Of a stretch of DNA of 64,000 nt, positions 1 through 9,325 are shown one piece after another (the first letter of the stretch is position 1; every line of letters starts with the position of its first letter). Source of the DNA: Candidatus Sumerlaeaceae bacterium (lineage in GTDB: Bacteria > Sumerlaeota > Sumerlaeia > Sumerlaeales > Sumerlaeaceae); the NCBI GenBank assembly GCA_051003195.1, contig JBPCLP010000025.1, positions 106,838 through 170,837 on the forward strand, given 5' to 3'. The position numbers and the translations under genes were made by a program. Under the pieces are notes generated by a model that was given only the letters and a program-made list of their open reading frames with translations, was not told where the DNA came from and searched no databases.

Positions 1-832
1 TGTACAACTCCAGCATCGTGAACTCCGGGTTGTGCCGGATCGAGAGCCCCTCGTTGCGGAAGTTCCGGTTAATCTCAAAAGTCTTTTCGAGCCCGCCCAC
101 CGTCAGCCGCTTCAGGTAAAGCTCTGGTGCGATACGCAGGTACAGCGGCATGTTGAGCGCGTTGTGATGCGTCACGAAAGGCCGTGCCGTGGCGCCGCCC
201 GCCACCGGATGCATCATCGGTGTTTCCACTTCCAGGTAACCACGAGCGTCCAGGTACTTGCGCATCGCGCTGACAATGCGGCTGCGGTTGACGAACGTCT
301 GCTGCACCTCGTCGTTCGCGATCAGGTCCACATAACGCTGCCGGTAGCGCGTCTCCTTATCGGTCAAACCATGCCACTTCTCCGGCAGCGGCCGCATCGA
401 CTTCGTAAGGAAATGAAAGCGCTGCGCGTGAATCGAAAGCTCGCCCGTTTTCGTGATGAACGCGAAGCCCTCCACGCCCGCCACGTCGCCCATGTCCGTG
501 TACTCTTTGAAGACACGGTAATCTTGCTCTGGCACATCGTCGCGACGCAGGTATACCTGCATTCTGCCGCTCTCATCCTTGAGGTGGAAAAACGACGCCT
601 TGCCCATGTGCCGGATCGTCATGATGCGACCCGCCAGCTTCAGCGGCGTCTGATCGGCGATCAGCGCTTCAGAGTTTTCGCGCACGTCACTGCTGCGATG
701 CGTGGGCAGCCAGCGGTTCACGAACGGGTTCAGCCCCTCTGCGCGCATTCGCTCCGCCTTCTCATAGCGGTTTCGGATTATTTCATTATGGTCGTTCAGC
801 ATCGCTTCAGGGGATTCGGTTGCGGTCGTCAT
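1..832 (-). CDS. lysS: Lysyl-tRNA synthetase class II, 5' part (runs off the window edge)
   Basis: Manual minus-strand translation from ATG at 832: [37 protein letters not shown]...[20 protein letters not shown]...[21 protein letters not shown]...[12 protein letters not shown]...[18 protein letters not shown], typical of LysS. Absent from the ORF track because it has no stop in the window. Confidence 0.95.
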   Translation of the reverse strand, partial: MTTATESPEAMLNDHNEIIRNRYEKAERMRAEGLNPFVNRWLPTHRSSDVRENSEALIADQTPLKLAGRIMTIRHMGKASFFHLKDESGRMQVYLRRDDVPEQDYRVFKEYTDMGDVAGVEGFAFITKTGELSIHAQRFHFLTKSMRPLPEKWHGLTDKETRYRQRYVDLIANDEVQQTFVNRSRIVSAMRKYLDARGYLEVETPMMHPVAGGATARPFVTHHNALNMPLYLRIAPELYLKRLTVGGLEKTFEINRNFRNEGLSIRHNPEFTMLELY

Positions 833-916
833 GCTCAATGCTATTCTTGCTTAAAGTCGGTTCGGAATCAGGAAACGTTATTCGCGTCCGGCGCGCCGTG
901 GCACCCGGACAGGGGA

Positions 917-1243
917 CTACAGAACGTTCAACTGCTCGTCGAGCATGTCGATCAGGCCGTCCACGCGTTTTCGTACGTCATCCGTCAGGCCGTGCACTGC
1001 CGACGCGTCGTCGATCATTTTGTAATACTCCACAGTCACCAGCAGGGCCGCCTGCATCGCCAGCTTGCCGGTATCTGGTGTCGTCAGCTTGCTGCTAAGG
1101 TCGCGCATGAGGGTATCCACATGCCGGGCCGCGCGCCTGAGGCGCTCGTGCTCATCCTCGGGCGCCCGCAGCCGGAAGGGCAGGTTGTAGATCTCGAACT
1201 CCAGCTTCGCCGGGCCGCCATGGTTATTGGACTCCTGGCTCAT
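917..1243 (-). CDS. zapA: Cell division protein ZapA
   Basis: EFEIYNLPFRLRA...ERLRRAARHVDTLMRDL...KLAMQAAL pattern followed by a coiled coil; directly downstream of a ZapB-like gene. Confidence 0.85.
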   Translation of the reverse strand: MSQESNNHGGPAKLEFEIYNLPFRLRAPEDEHERLRRAARHVDTLMRDLSSKLTTPDTGKLAMQAALLVTVEYYKMIDDASAVHGLTDDVRKRVDGLIDMLDEQLNVL

Positions 1244-1545
1244 TCGGCGCCGTGGCTGTCGAGTTCGAGTATCTCGGATTCCAGCGTGTCAATGCGGTTC
1301 AAGATCATCTTTAACCGGTCCTTGACGGTCGACTCCTTGTCATCGCGCAGGTTCAATTCCTGCTCAAGTTCGCGGATGCGCCCCTGCAACCTGACATTGT
1401 CGCTGTCCGTCTGGTTTTTCTGTTCCACCACGGCGGATAGCTCGCGATTCTGGCGCTGCAATTCCCCAATGCGGCCCTTGGCTTCGTTGATCTTGTCCAC
1501 CAGGGCTGAAATCTTTTCCTCAAGGGCATCAATCCGGTCAATCAT
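1240..1545 (-). CDS. ZapB-like coiled-coil cell division protein
   Basis: 101-aa heptad coiled coil (IDALEEKISALVDKI...) overlapping the zapA start by 4 nt. Confidence 0.65.
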   Translation of the reverse strand: MIDRIDALEEKISALVDKINEAKGRIGELQRQNRELSAVVEQKNQTDSDNVRLQGRIRELEQELNLRDDKESTVKDRLKMILNRIDTLESEILELDSHGAE

Positions 1546-1684
1546 CCAGCAACGCTCCCGCCTTGCACAACTATAGTCTTACGCGCAGTGTAAAGCCGCA
1601 GCTCAAAATGGATCAAGTGAAATCGCCTGTCCTGCATGACAACTTGTTGTCAAGTAACGCGGCTGACAAGCGACGGTCTACCAT

Positions 1685-1763
1685 TAACTCGTAACCAGTT
1701 CTGTGTGCCGAATCGAGCTCAAGTCTGCCGGGCTGGTAAGGAACTACGGACTCGGCACACTGG
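1685..1763. repeat. Small dispersed repeat family A (MITE-like), copy 1
   Basis: GTTCTGTGTGCCGAATCGAG...GGAACTAC...TCGGCACAC; inverted arms GTGTGCCGA/TCGGCACAC; similar copies at ~18062 and ~47346. Confidence 0.8.
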
Positions 1764-1839
1764 TGCAGAATCTGTAATGGACAACCTGCAATACCCGTGC
1801 AGACTTCAGCTTTAATCGATTTCAGAAAGGACCAGTTAC

Positions 1840-2199
1840 ATGGCCGCGATGGAAAAGAAAAATCTTTCTCAGCCCGATGAGACCCGCACTTTTGACAAGG
1901 GGCAGTTGGAACTCGTCACGCTTGGCGGTGTGACCTTCGGTCGCATCACGCTGCAGCCCGGCTGGAAGTGGTCCACCTGCGTCAAGCCTCTCGCGAAAAC
2001 GGAAAGCTGCCAGGCCCCCCATCTGCAGTATCAGATCTCCGGCCGGATGCACGTGCGCATGGACGACGGATCCGAGGAGGAATTCGGGCCGGGAGACGTT
2101 CTGAAGCTGCCCCCCGGTCACGACGCATGGGTAATTGGAAACGAGCCGGTCGTCGCAATCGACATCACGGGCATGGGCGAATACGCAAAACAAAACTGA
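1840..2199 (+). CDS. Cupin domain protein
   Basis: LQPGWKWS...SCQAPH...GPGDV..LPPGHDAWVIGNEP cupin motifs; AAAGGA RBS upstream. Confidence 0.9.
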   Translation: MAAMEKKNLSQPDETRTFDKGQLELVTLGGVTFGRITLQPGWKWSTCVKPLAKTESCQAPHLQYQISGRMHVRMDDGSEEEFGPGDVLKLPPGHDAWVIGNEPVVAIDITGMGEYAKQN

Positions 2200-2433
2200 C
2201 ACTAACATCTCACGCGGCGTCCTTATCCCACAAGACGTCCGCCCATTGCATAAGACCGTCCGGAATTCTTAATTCAACAGATCAGGTTTTGGCTTTTTCG
2301 TGCCCGTGCACGTGCCCTGATCTCGTGCACGTCAATTGTTGAACGACGCCTCCCCGGAATCGAGTGTCCGCGTTTTCAGAGGAAGTTCAACTTAGCCCTT
2401 ACCGTAACTGATCTTTTGATGAAGTCTCCATGA

Positions 2434-2476
2434 CGTTAGCAACTTAATTAGTGACAACGTCAACAGTCCCAGATAT
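2434..2476 (+). repeat. Repeat family D (RAYT-associated REP-like), intact copy D1
   Basis: CGTTAGCAACTTAATTAGTGACAACGTCAACAGTCCC matches 22695-22728 plus 22865-22872, and the reverse complement of 4656-4689. Confidence 0.7.
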
Positions 2477-2485
2477 TTTCTTCTG

Positions 2486-4639
2486 TTACGGTTCGCGTTT
2501 CGATTCGGCCTGCAAAATCCACATATACCCAATACGCATTCCACACGGTCGCGACGATTTTAGTACGAATGGCTGAGCCGATTGCTTTACTGCTGATAAC
2601 TCAGCGAGCTGAGTAATTGTCGTTTCCGCCGACTTCAGCGATATCGATGTTTCACTTTCGCCAATCATCATTGTCAGCCATCCGCCTTGGTCACCAGCCT
2701 TCATGCGCGCAAGTGCGCGCAGCTTATGGCCAACCTCCAGCCCATGCAATTTTCCGCTGACGTGCCCCGTCACGTGTCGACTTATGTCCACCACCGTCGG
2801 CGTGCTTTCCAAATCCGTCAATGCCGGCGCATCCATCACGTAGTGAAGCGTCTTGTCGCGCCAATCAACCTCGTGATCTTCCTCACTTCTCAAATCCGCA
2901 AAATCTACATGGTCAACCAACCGCCAGCCCTTCGGCAGAAACTTCGCAGGAAGCATTTCCGCCGAACGCACGAACTCACGCGGAAATCTATACAGTTTCA
3001 TGTCTGCATTGCGATCGTTCATCGGCAGGGCATCCGGAAATGTTGCCGGGTCAGCAATGAGATCGGCGGTGTAGCACGGCGACTGCCACATCGGACTGAA
3101 CATCGCCGCCACATCAGGCAACTCCTCGGTCGTCAGGCAGCGCTCAATTGCCTCAAACGGCGCGAACGCACCCTCAATTGCAGCACGCGTCAGCTCATAC
3201 CCGGGCAGTTGCATGCACAGCCCGATCACGTCAAAACCGTTAATGTCGCTGAAGTACATCGGCGCGCCAGCGTCGTGGCTGATCAGCTTCTTATATGTGC
3301 CGGGCTTTTCGCGGTTCACTTTTGCTATGTAGCGCCCGATGGGAATCTGTCGCGCGGCAAGCACCTGGGAATTGCGGATGTAGAGTTCGTGGATCTGCCT
3401 CAACGCGGGCATCGATCCTGCGACCAGCACAAGTGGTAAGAGTGCGACCGCACGTTGAAACCAGAGCTGCCCCGGCCGCTGCGACAGCCGCACTGCGGCT
3501 TTCATCAAGTTTCCCGCGCCTATTCCCGCCAAAAGAAACAGTGGCGGTACGTAGGGCTGCAGGTAACGGAATGTTCCCGTGCCAACAACGTCTCGCTGCC
3601 CTGCCATAAAACAAAATTCGACCGCGACAACAATCCATGTACACAGTATTGCCAGCCGCAATCTAATACCACACGGCCACAGACTCAGCGCCAGCAAAAC
3701 GAGTGCAACCGCGCCACTTAGCAGACCAAACGTTGCTGGACCAAAACTGCCAATCAATTCGCCCGGCAGGTTCGATATCTTTTCCTGCCAGAAAGATCCC
3801 TTTTGCGACTGGTCCCGAAACGGGTCGCTCCAGATGCTGCGCAATTTCATGCTGTTCGGAATTGGGTCGCCGGTCATCATCCAGTTCAGCGACAGAAACG
3901 CCGCTAGCGGAAGTACACACAATACGCCACATATCAAAGGCTGCAGAATTGTCGATGCATGTACTCGAGCCCGGTCGCGCCAGATCTGTAACGCTCCTGC
4001 TCCGCTTACGAATGCCCAGCACACCCCAACCGCAAGTATCGCCTCGGGCCGCAGCAGCGGCAGTGCAGCGCCGACTGCTGCAAAGCGGCTGTTCCATCTC
4101 GGTAGTTCACCGCGTTCAAGCAAATCCCATGTGCACCACATCAGCGCGATTACGCCTGCCGTCGCTATCCCGGTCTCCATCCCCGAGACCGCACCGCAAA
4201 CCAGGAACCCACACACGCTCCACAGCATCGCCGTGCTCGTCGCAATCAGCGCCGTCGTGTGGCGACAAAGCAGCCGCCACAACAGATAGATCCCTGCACT
4301 CGCAGCCGCGACGTTCACGATGTGTGCAAACAGCATGATCCAGTGCTCGCGAAATCCAACTGAGTAACCGACCGTCAGAATCAGCGGATACAGAGCACTC
4401 GTCGCGCCCTTGCTATAGCCACTGTCCGGCGACCACGTATACAGCATTCCCCGCGTAAAGTTTTTCGCATACTGCGCGTGAATGTAAGCATCATCCACCA
4501 GTGCCGGCCAGATGCCCCCACCGACCCGGTAACCTGTTAATATAAACCAGATACACAGCGCAAAGAAGGTAGCAGTAGGAAGCAGCCACGCAATGCATGT
4601 TACAGTACCGTTACAAGTTTTCCGGGCAATCATCTGCAT
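2486..4639 (-). CDS. Polytopic membrane protein, GT-C-like (DDAYI-motif) glycosyltransferase
   Basis: VDDAYIHAQYAKN, GATSALYPLIL, SGMET and LRPE motifs with many TM segments and a soluble C-terminal domain; start uncertain (4633-4654). Confidence 0.7.
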   Translation of the reverse strand: MQMIARKTCNGTVTCIAWLLPTATFFALCIWFILTGYRVGGGIWPALVDDAYIHAQYAKNFTRGMLYTWSPDSGYSKGATSALYPLILTVGYSVGFREHWIMLFAHIVNVAAASAGIYLLWRLLCRHTTALIATSTAMLWSVCGFLVCGAVSGMETGIATAGVIALMWCTWDLLERGELPRWNSRFAAVGAALPLLRPEAILAVGVCWAFVSGAGALQIWRDRARVHASTILQPLICGVLCVLPLAAFLSLNWMMTGDPIPNSMKLRSIWSDPFRDQSQKGSFWQEKISNLPGELIGSFGPATFGLLSGAVALVLLALSLWPCGIRLRLAILCTWIVVAVEFCFMAGQRDVVGTGTFRYLQPYVPPLFLLAGIGAGNLMKAAVRLSQRPGQLWFQRAVALLPLVLVAGSMPALRQIHELYIRNSQVLAARQIPIGRYIAKVNREKPGTYKKLISHDAGAPMYFSDINGFDVIGLCMQLPGYELTRAAIEGAFAPFEAIERCLTTEELPDVAAMFSPMWQSPCYTADLIADPATFPDALPMNDRNADMKLYRFPREFVRSAEMLPAKFLPKGWRLVDHVDFADLRSEEDHEVDWRDKTLHYVMDAPALTDLESTPTVVDISRHVTGHVSGKLHGLEVGHKLRALARMKAGDQGGWLTMMIGESETSISLKSAETTITQLAELSAVKQSAQPFVLKSSRPCGMRIGYMWILQAESKREP

Positions 4640-4655
4640 TCCAAAGAATTGCAAA

Positions 4656-4689
4656 AAATCGGGACGGTTGACGTTTTCCCCAATTAATT
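4656..4689 (-). repeat. Repeat family D, intact copy D2 (inverted relative to D1)
   Basis: AAATCGGGACGGTTGACGTTTTCCCCAATTAATT. Confidence 0.7.
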
Positions 4690-4732
4690 GGATTGCATCT
4701 GCCGTTCATCTGCAGGCTGCCGTAGATCACCT

Positions 4733-4930
4733 ATCGCACGTATGGCAAGGATTGTTGTCGCGGGATGCCCGCATCACATCACCCACCGCAGCAACCTGCG
4801 CGCCGACATCTTCCTCCACGACAACGACCGCCTGCTCTACAAGTCGCTGCTCGCACAAACCTCGCGCCCGTTCGGACTGCAGATCTGGGCCTACTGCCTT
4901 TTGACAAACCACATCCACCTCATCGCCGTC
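4733..4930 (+). pseudogene. Truncated REP-associated tyrosine transposase (RAYT / Y1 HUH)
   Basis: (I)ARMARIVVAGCPHHITHRSN...IF...IWAYCLLTNHIHLIA has the Y1_Tnp N-terminus and HUH motif, then degenerates before the catalytic Tyr region. Confidence 0.85.
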
Positions 4931-5069
4931 ATTAATTACTCAATAGAATCAGACCCAAACTCTGCACGAATTCCCGGGAATTTGCACTCGTGATTTTATG
5001 CACAAATGCGGCAGTCGACAGCATGACACGTGCTCAACGAAACCGGCCACAACGTGGCCGGAGCGGCCC

Positions 5070-5600
5070 TCACATCTCCTGCGGAAGCCGCTTTCGTAGC
5101 CACCGAATCTGGCCGCGGTGGTTCACCTCGTCTTCAAAAACGTGGAACCACATGAAATAGTAATTCGCGGTTGCCTCCCCGAAAGGAACCACGGTTCGCA
5201 GCCAGGCATCGTCACGCTGCGCCAATTCCCCCTGCGTTCGGTTGCGCCCGCTCTCAAGGAGATCCGTATAGTAGTCGAGATTGTGCCCGCGAATCTCCGA
5301 GCGACCCGCCTCCCCCAGGTCCAGCGCTGCGGTCCACGGACGCAGTTCTTCCTCCGAAGCAGCGCCGCGGAAAGTTTTCAGCGTGTAGAAAAACTCCACC
5401 GCCGCAATGTGCAGCAGCAGCGCGCCGATGGAATTGCTCTCCGCATCATGAACGTGGTCGAGCTGGGCCGTCGTTAGTCCCGCCACGGAGTGCAGCGTCG
5501 TGAAACGCGCATAGTTCATCATGGAGACGAGATCCGAGATACCCGGCGAAAGGCCGGCCCGCGGTCCGATCACCATCAGCTGAGAAAGGTCCTGCATCAT
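5070..5600 (-). CDS. DinB/DUF664-family protein
   Basis: NSIGALLLHIAAVE and WFHVFEDEVNHRGQI metal-binding His pattern. Confidence 0.85.
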   Translation of the reverse strand: MMQDLSQLMVIGPRAGLSPGISDLVSMMNYARFTTLHSVAGLTTAQLDHVHDAESNSIGALLLHIAAVEFFYTLKTFRGAASEEELRPWTAALDLGEAGRSEIRGHNLDYYTDLLESGRNRTQGELAQRDDAWLRTVVPFGEATANYYFMWFHVFEDEVNHRGQIRWLRKRLPQEM

Positions 5601-5713
5601 CGCAACAGCGCCGCGCCGCGAAGCCGCAGTCAAGCCACAGCCGCACCCGCGGCTACCTCACTCATGAATTCGCTTCGCACGTTTTTCGACGGCGGGTGTA
5701 TGCTTGGCCACGT

Positions 5714-6322
5714 ATGGACGACAAGTTTCCAGAACCGCTAGAGCGACTTATCCACGAACTGTCGCGGCTGCCCACCATCGGCCGCAAAAGCGCACAGCGG
5801 CTGGCGTTTCAGCTGCTGAAATCGCCCGCGGAACAGCCGCAGCGACTGGCCGATGCGCTGCACCATCTGCACGAACGCGTCCACTTCTGCCGTCAGTGTT
5901 TCTACATCACCGAGGAAGAGCTGTGCGCGATTTGCCGCAACCCCGACCGTGATGGCTCGCAAATATGCGTGGTGGAGGAGCCCATGGACGTCGCGTCGTT
6001 CGAGCGCACGGGTTCTTACCGCGGGTTTTACCACGTGCTGCTGGGGCGCCTGTCGCCGTTGCAGGGCGTGATGCCCGAAGACCTGAAGATCGGCGAGCTG
6101 ATGAATCGCGTTGAGCGAGCGAACGGCGAAGTCCGCGAAGTGATTCTCGCCACGAATCCGAATGTCGACGGCGATGCGACCGCACTTTATATTTCGCGCA
6201 TGCTCGAACCGCGGGGGATTTCGATTACGCGCCTGGGACTCGGGTTGCCCATGGGCAGCTCGCTCGAATACGCTGACGAGCTCACGCTGCAAAAAGCGCT
6301 CGAGACGAGAAAATCGGTGTAG
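5714..6322 (+). CDS. recR: Recombination mediator RecR
   Basis: LPTIGRKSAQRLA HhH, C4 zinc finger CRQC..CAIC, Toprim EVILATNPNVDGDATA, GLPMGSSLEYAD. Confidence 0.97.
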   Translation: MDDKFPEPLERLIHELSRLPTIGRKSAQRLAFQLLKSPAEQPQRLADALHHLHERVHFCRQCFYITEEELCAICRNPDRDGSQICVVEEPMDVASFERTGSYRGFYHVLLGRLSPLQGVMPEDLKIGELMNRVERANGEVREVILATNPNVDGDATALYISRMLEPRGISITRLGLGLPMGSSLEYADELTLQKALETRKSV

Positions 6323-6330
6323 CGCGGGAT

Positions 6331-9138
6331 TTACCTGAGGTACTCCAGCACCGATCTCATCAACTCTGCGCGCGTAATTTCGTCACCTGCGTTTTCAAAT
6401 GGAAAGGCCAGGAACATCCAGTTGCCGGTTCTTCTATTCGTGCTTCCACCTGCAACGGCAGCCGCGGAAGCGCCCGCAACTTTGTAGCGCAGCACCTCGC
6501 CGCTGCCGCCCAGCGCACCCACGACATCGCTTGGCAACGGATCGCCGAGCCCTTGCTCGTTCCCGGTGAGGGTGAACTCGGGCACGTTCTGCAACACTCC
6601 ACCCGGCACGGGCGAAACCACCCGGCTCTGCACGTTCATGCCGCGATACGCCAGGCCGAGCAATTGGCGCAGGAACAGGCGATCCTCGTTGCTGGGCACG
6701 GACTGCGGAGACGCGCCGTCCATCGCCGCGGCCAGGTGTGCTCCGTTCAGCACCAGCTTGCCGCCCTGTCGCAGGTAATCGGCAATGAGTGCCTGGGTGG
6801 GTGTGGTCAAAATTCCGTTCCGCGGATTCTGGCGTCCGACCGACCAGATCACCAGCGGATAATCATTCAATCGGATCTGACCTTCGCCCACGGATCGCGA
6901 GTTGCAGCTGTCAAAGCTCACAGCACACGAGGTCAGCGCTTCGGCCGCCGCCTGCATTCTCGGCGCATTGAGGTGGGTGCGCGGCCGCACGCGCCAGGTA
7001 ATTTGACCGTGGTCGGCCGGGTTTCCAAATGGGTTATCGATTACCTGCGATTCGTCCGAAGTTGCATCGAGGTTTGTGATCCCGGCAATTAAAAGTGCGC
7101 GCCGCATTGGAACGGTGGTCGCGCCATCGCCCGCCAATGCGGGCAGTACCGAGACCACCTGGGAAGGCCACGACTCTCCCCCCGCGTTCAGGCCTGTGAC
7201 GCGAACATAGGTGGGACTACTGCTCGTGACCGGGTCGAGGACCGCCGCGAGTTCACCCTGCGTCGATTGTCCACCATCGAAACTGTAACCGGTTGCGGAG
7301 CGATAGATACGATAATCCGTTGCCGGATCTCCTTCAATTCGCCCGGCGTGACCGGGCTGCCACGATACCTGGATGCGTCCATCGGGCAGCGACCGCGCCA
7401 CGGGGTTTTCCGGTGCGGTCGGCAAAACTCCCAGCGCACTGTTCTTTGCACGCAGAGCCGCGAACCAGTTCAGCACGCCGCGAAGCGTGGCGCGCGCCAT
7501 GTCCATCCGCGCCCTCGGGTCGAGCAGGAACATTGCGTCTTCCGCATTATCGTGAAACGCGACCTCCACAATCGTCGCGCACATTTCGTTCTGTATGTAA
7601 TCTTTGCGGAGCTCGCCGAAAGTTATACCGTTGTACGTGACGCGGTCGCGCGCGGCCCACTTCGGATACGAGAACGGCGGATCCTCGATCAGTTCCTGGT
7701 TTACCTGCGTGCCGATCATCCTCGCCAGCAGTTCCTGGTAATCGGGCCGCTGCTCAGGCGATTCGTTGAACAGGGCCACACATCCCCGCGACTGTCCCCG
7801 GAAGGCATTTGAGTGAAAACTGACGAGCACGCGATCCGTAAAGCTGCCTTCGGTTTCACGGTTCATGTACGCAGCAGTCCTGGGCGGCGAGGCGATTGTC
7901 GCATTTCCGTCGCTGACATTAGAGGAGTAAATTCGGCGGTCTGCGGTCGGGCCAAGGCTTCGCTCGATCCAGTAACAGTCCGCCTCGTCCTCGCGAATAA
8001 AACCAGAGCGTCCAGCGGGCCGCGGAACGTCGCCCACTCCGTTGCCAAACCGAACGGCATCCGCTACCACCACGTGTTTGCCGTCGTCTTCATAAGGATC
8101 GTCGACAACATTGCTTACATCGACGTAGCCCGTATCACCCTTTTCGAACCAGAAACTGCCCAGCCATACCCATCCCTTGCCGACGCGCCGGTGGTTCACG
8201 TGGATCTCCGTCACGGCTCCTGCATGGGCAATACGATACAACTGAGCCGATACACGATCCTCGCCGTCGCGCGCCCACACATAAACCGGGTAGTCGCCTG
8301 ATTCGGGGATCCACGGACGGTACCGCGCTACTGCTGTCTCGCTGCGCTGAGCCGTTGCGAACGCATACGGAACGCGGTCGCGCTTCCCGCCGAAGTAAAC
8401 CTTCGAGCTGCTTTCCTGCCATTCGCCGTAGAACTTTACCTGCGCGCTGGTGTTGTCGAGAATGCGTTCGTTGGGTTGATGGTCCACTGGGCGCAACGGC
8501 ACAACCGTCGCCCCGGAATTCCAAAGCAGGTGCGCAAAAATATGCATCTGGTCCAGGTTGCCAAAATCTTCCACGATACCATGGCCAAGGGCACGCTGCG
8601 TGTAGTAGATCTGTTTATCGTCATTGTAGGTCCATCCATGGCCCGCCATTGCGAAAACGACTTTGCCGGAAAAGCTTCCGGTCGGTTGAAATGCGTGCGG
8701 CGCCGACATCAGCGGGCTCTGCGTCCGCTGGGCTTCTGCCAGGGGTGATGCCCGCAGCGGTTTACCGGGTATTTCGACAAACTTATCCGCGCGTGCTGCA
8801 TCGACCAGCCACTGCGGCGCTCCAAATCCGGGCGCCGGAACGCTGGGCGGTGTGACAAGAGAGATCGTGGTAGCTGATAACCCCTCCGTGTTGATGGGCA
8901 TGGTAACGGCCGGCGCGAGCGATTCAGTGCCCGTACTCATCGTAATCGTCGCGCTGGTGAGTGCCTGCTGCGAGAGTCCAACGCCGCAATTCAACAGGTG
9001 GGCGATTGTGAATGCCACCACGCCGCCCGCACACCGCTGCGTGAAGTAGTAACTGTGGTTTAGCTTTCGCACGTTGTCTCGAAACTTGCCCGGCGAGCAG
9101 CCAGTGCAATCAATACTAAAAGCGAGCAACGGGCTCAC
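6331..9138 (-). CDS. Secreted N-acetylmuramoyl-L-alanine amidase (Amidase_3) with golvesin/xanthan-lyase-like domain and FN3
   Basis: AGHG, VED, SFHSNA, VEVAFHDN amidase motifs; ILDNT...G.W...VVVADAVRF golvesin-like domain; FN3-like segment. True start uncertain. Confidence 0.75.
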   Translation of the reverse strand: MSPLLAFSIDCTGCSPGKFRDNVRKLNHSYYFTQRCAGGVVAFTIAHLLNCGVGLSQQALTSATITMSTGTESLAPAVTMPINTEGLSATTISLVTPPSVPAPGFGAPQWLVDAARADKFVEIPGKPLRASPLAEAQRTQSPLMSAPHAFQPTGSFSGKVVFAMAGHGWTYNDDKQIYYTQRALGHGIVEDFGNLDQMHIFAHLLWNSGATVVPLRPVDHQPNERILDNTSAQVKFYGEWQESSSKVYFGGKRDRVPYAFATAQRSETAVARYRPWIPESGDYPVYVWARDGEDRVSAQLYRIAHAGAVTEIHVNHRRVGKGWVWLGSFWFEKGDTGYVDVSNVVDDPYEDDGKHVVVADAVRFGNGVGDVPRPAGRSGFIREDEADCYWIERSLGPTADRRIYSSNVSDGNATIASPPRTAAYMNRETEGSFTDRVLVSFHSNAFRGQSRGCVALFNESPEQRPDYQELLARMIGTQVNQELIEDPPFSYPKWAARDRVTYNGITFGELRKDYIQNEMCATIVEVAFHDNAEDAMFLLDPRARMDMARATLRGVLNWFAALRAKNSALGVLPTAPENPVARSLPDGRIQVSWQPGHAGRIEGDPATDYRIYRSATGYSFDGGQSTQGELAAVLDPVTSSSPTYVRVTGLNAGGESWPSQVVSVLPALAGDGATTVPMRRALLIAGITNLDATSDESQVIDNPFGNPADHGQITWRVRPRTHLNAPRMQAAAEALTSCAVSFDSCNSRSVGEGQIRLNDYPLVIWSVGRQNPRNGILTTPTQALIADYLRQGGKLVLNGAHLAAAMDGASPQSVPSNEDRLFLRQLLGLAYRGMNVQSRVVSPVPGGVLQNVPEFTLTGNEQGLGDPLPSDVVGALGGSGEVLRYKVAGASAAAVAGGSTNRRTGNWMFLAFPFENAGDEITRAELMRSVLEYLR

Positions 9139-9325
9139 CCCGTCACGTCAGCACGGTTTGAAATCTCGAAATTTCCGCCTTTTATATTGCCTAACGACAT
9201 GCCTGCCGGGGCAAATGCATGGTGCAGGTTACCTATGACCTGCAGAAAGCTGCCTCTGCGTGGCCCGGCATCCGCCGTGGTCTATCGGTTCAGGCACAAC
9301 ACCGGTCACGAAAGGGTGCTTAAAC

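Noticed and set aside
833..916. 6S RNA expected downstream of zapA
   Set aside because: Only about 84 nt before the lysS start, too short.
32..1576. 514-aa plus-strand ORF
   Set aside because: Antisense shadow of lysS, zapA and the zapB-like gene; no protein-like motifs.
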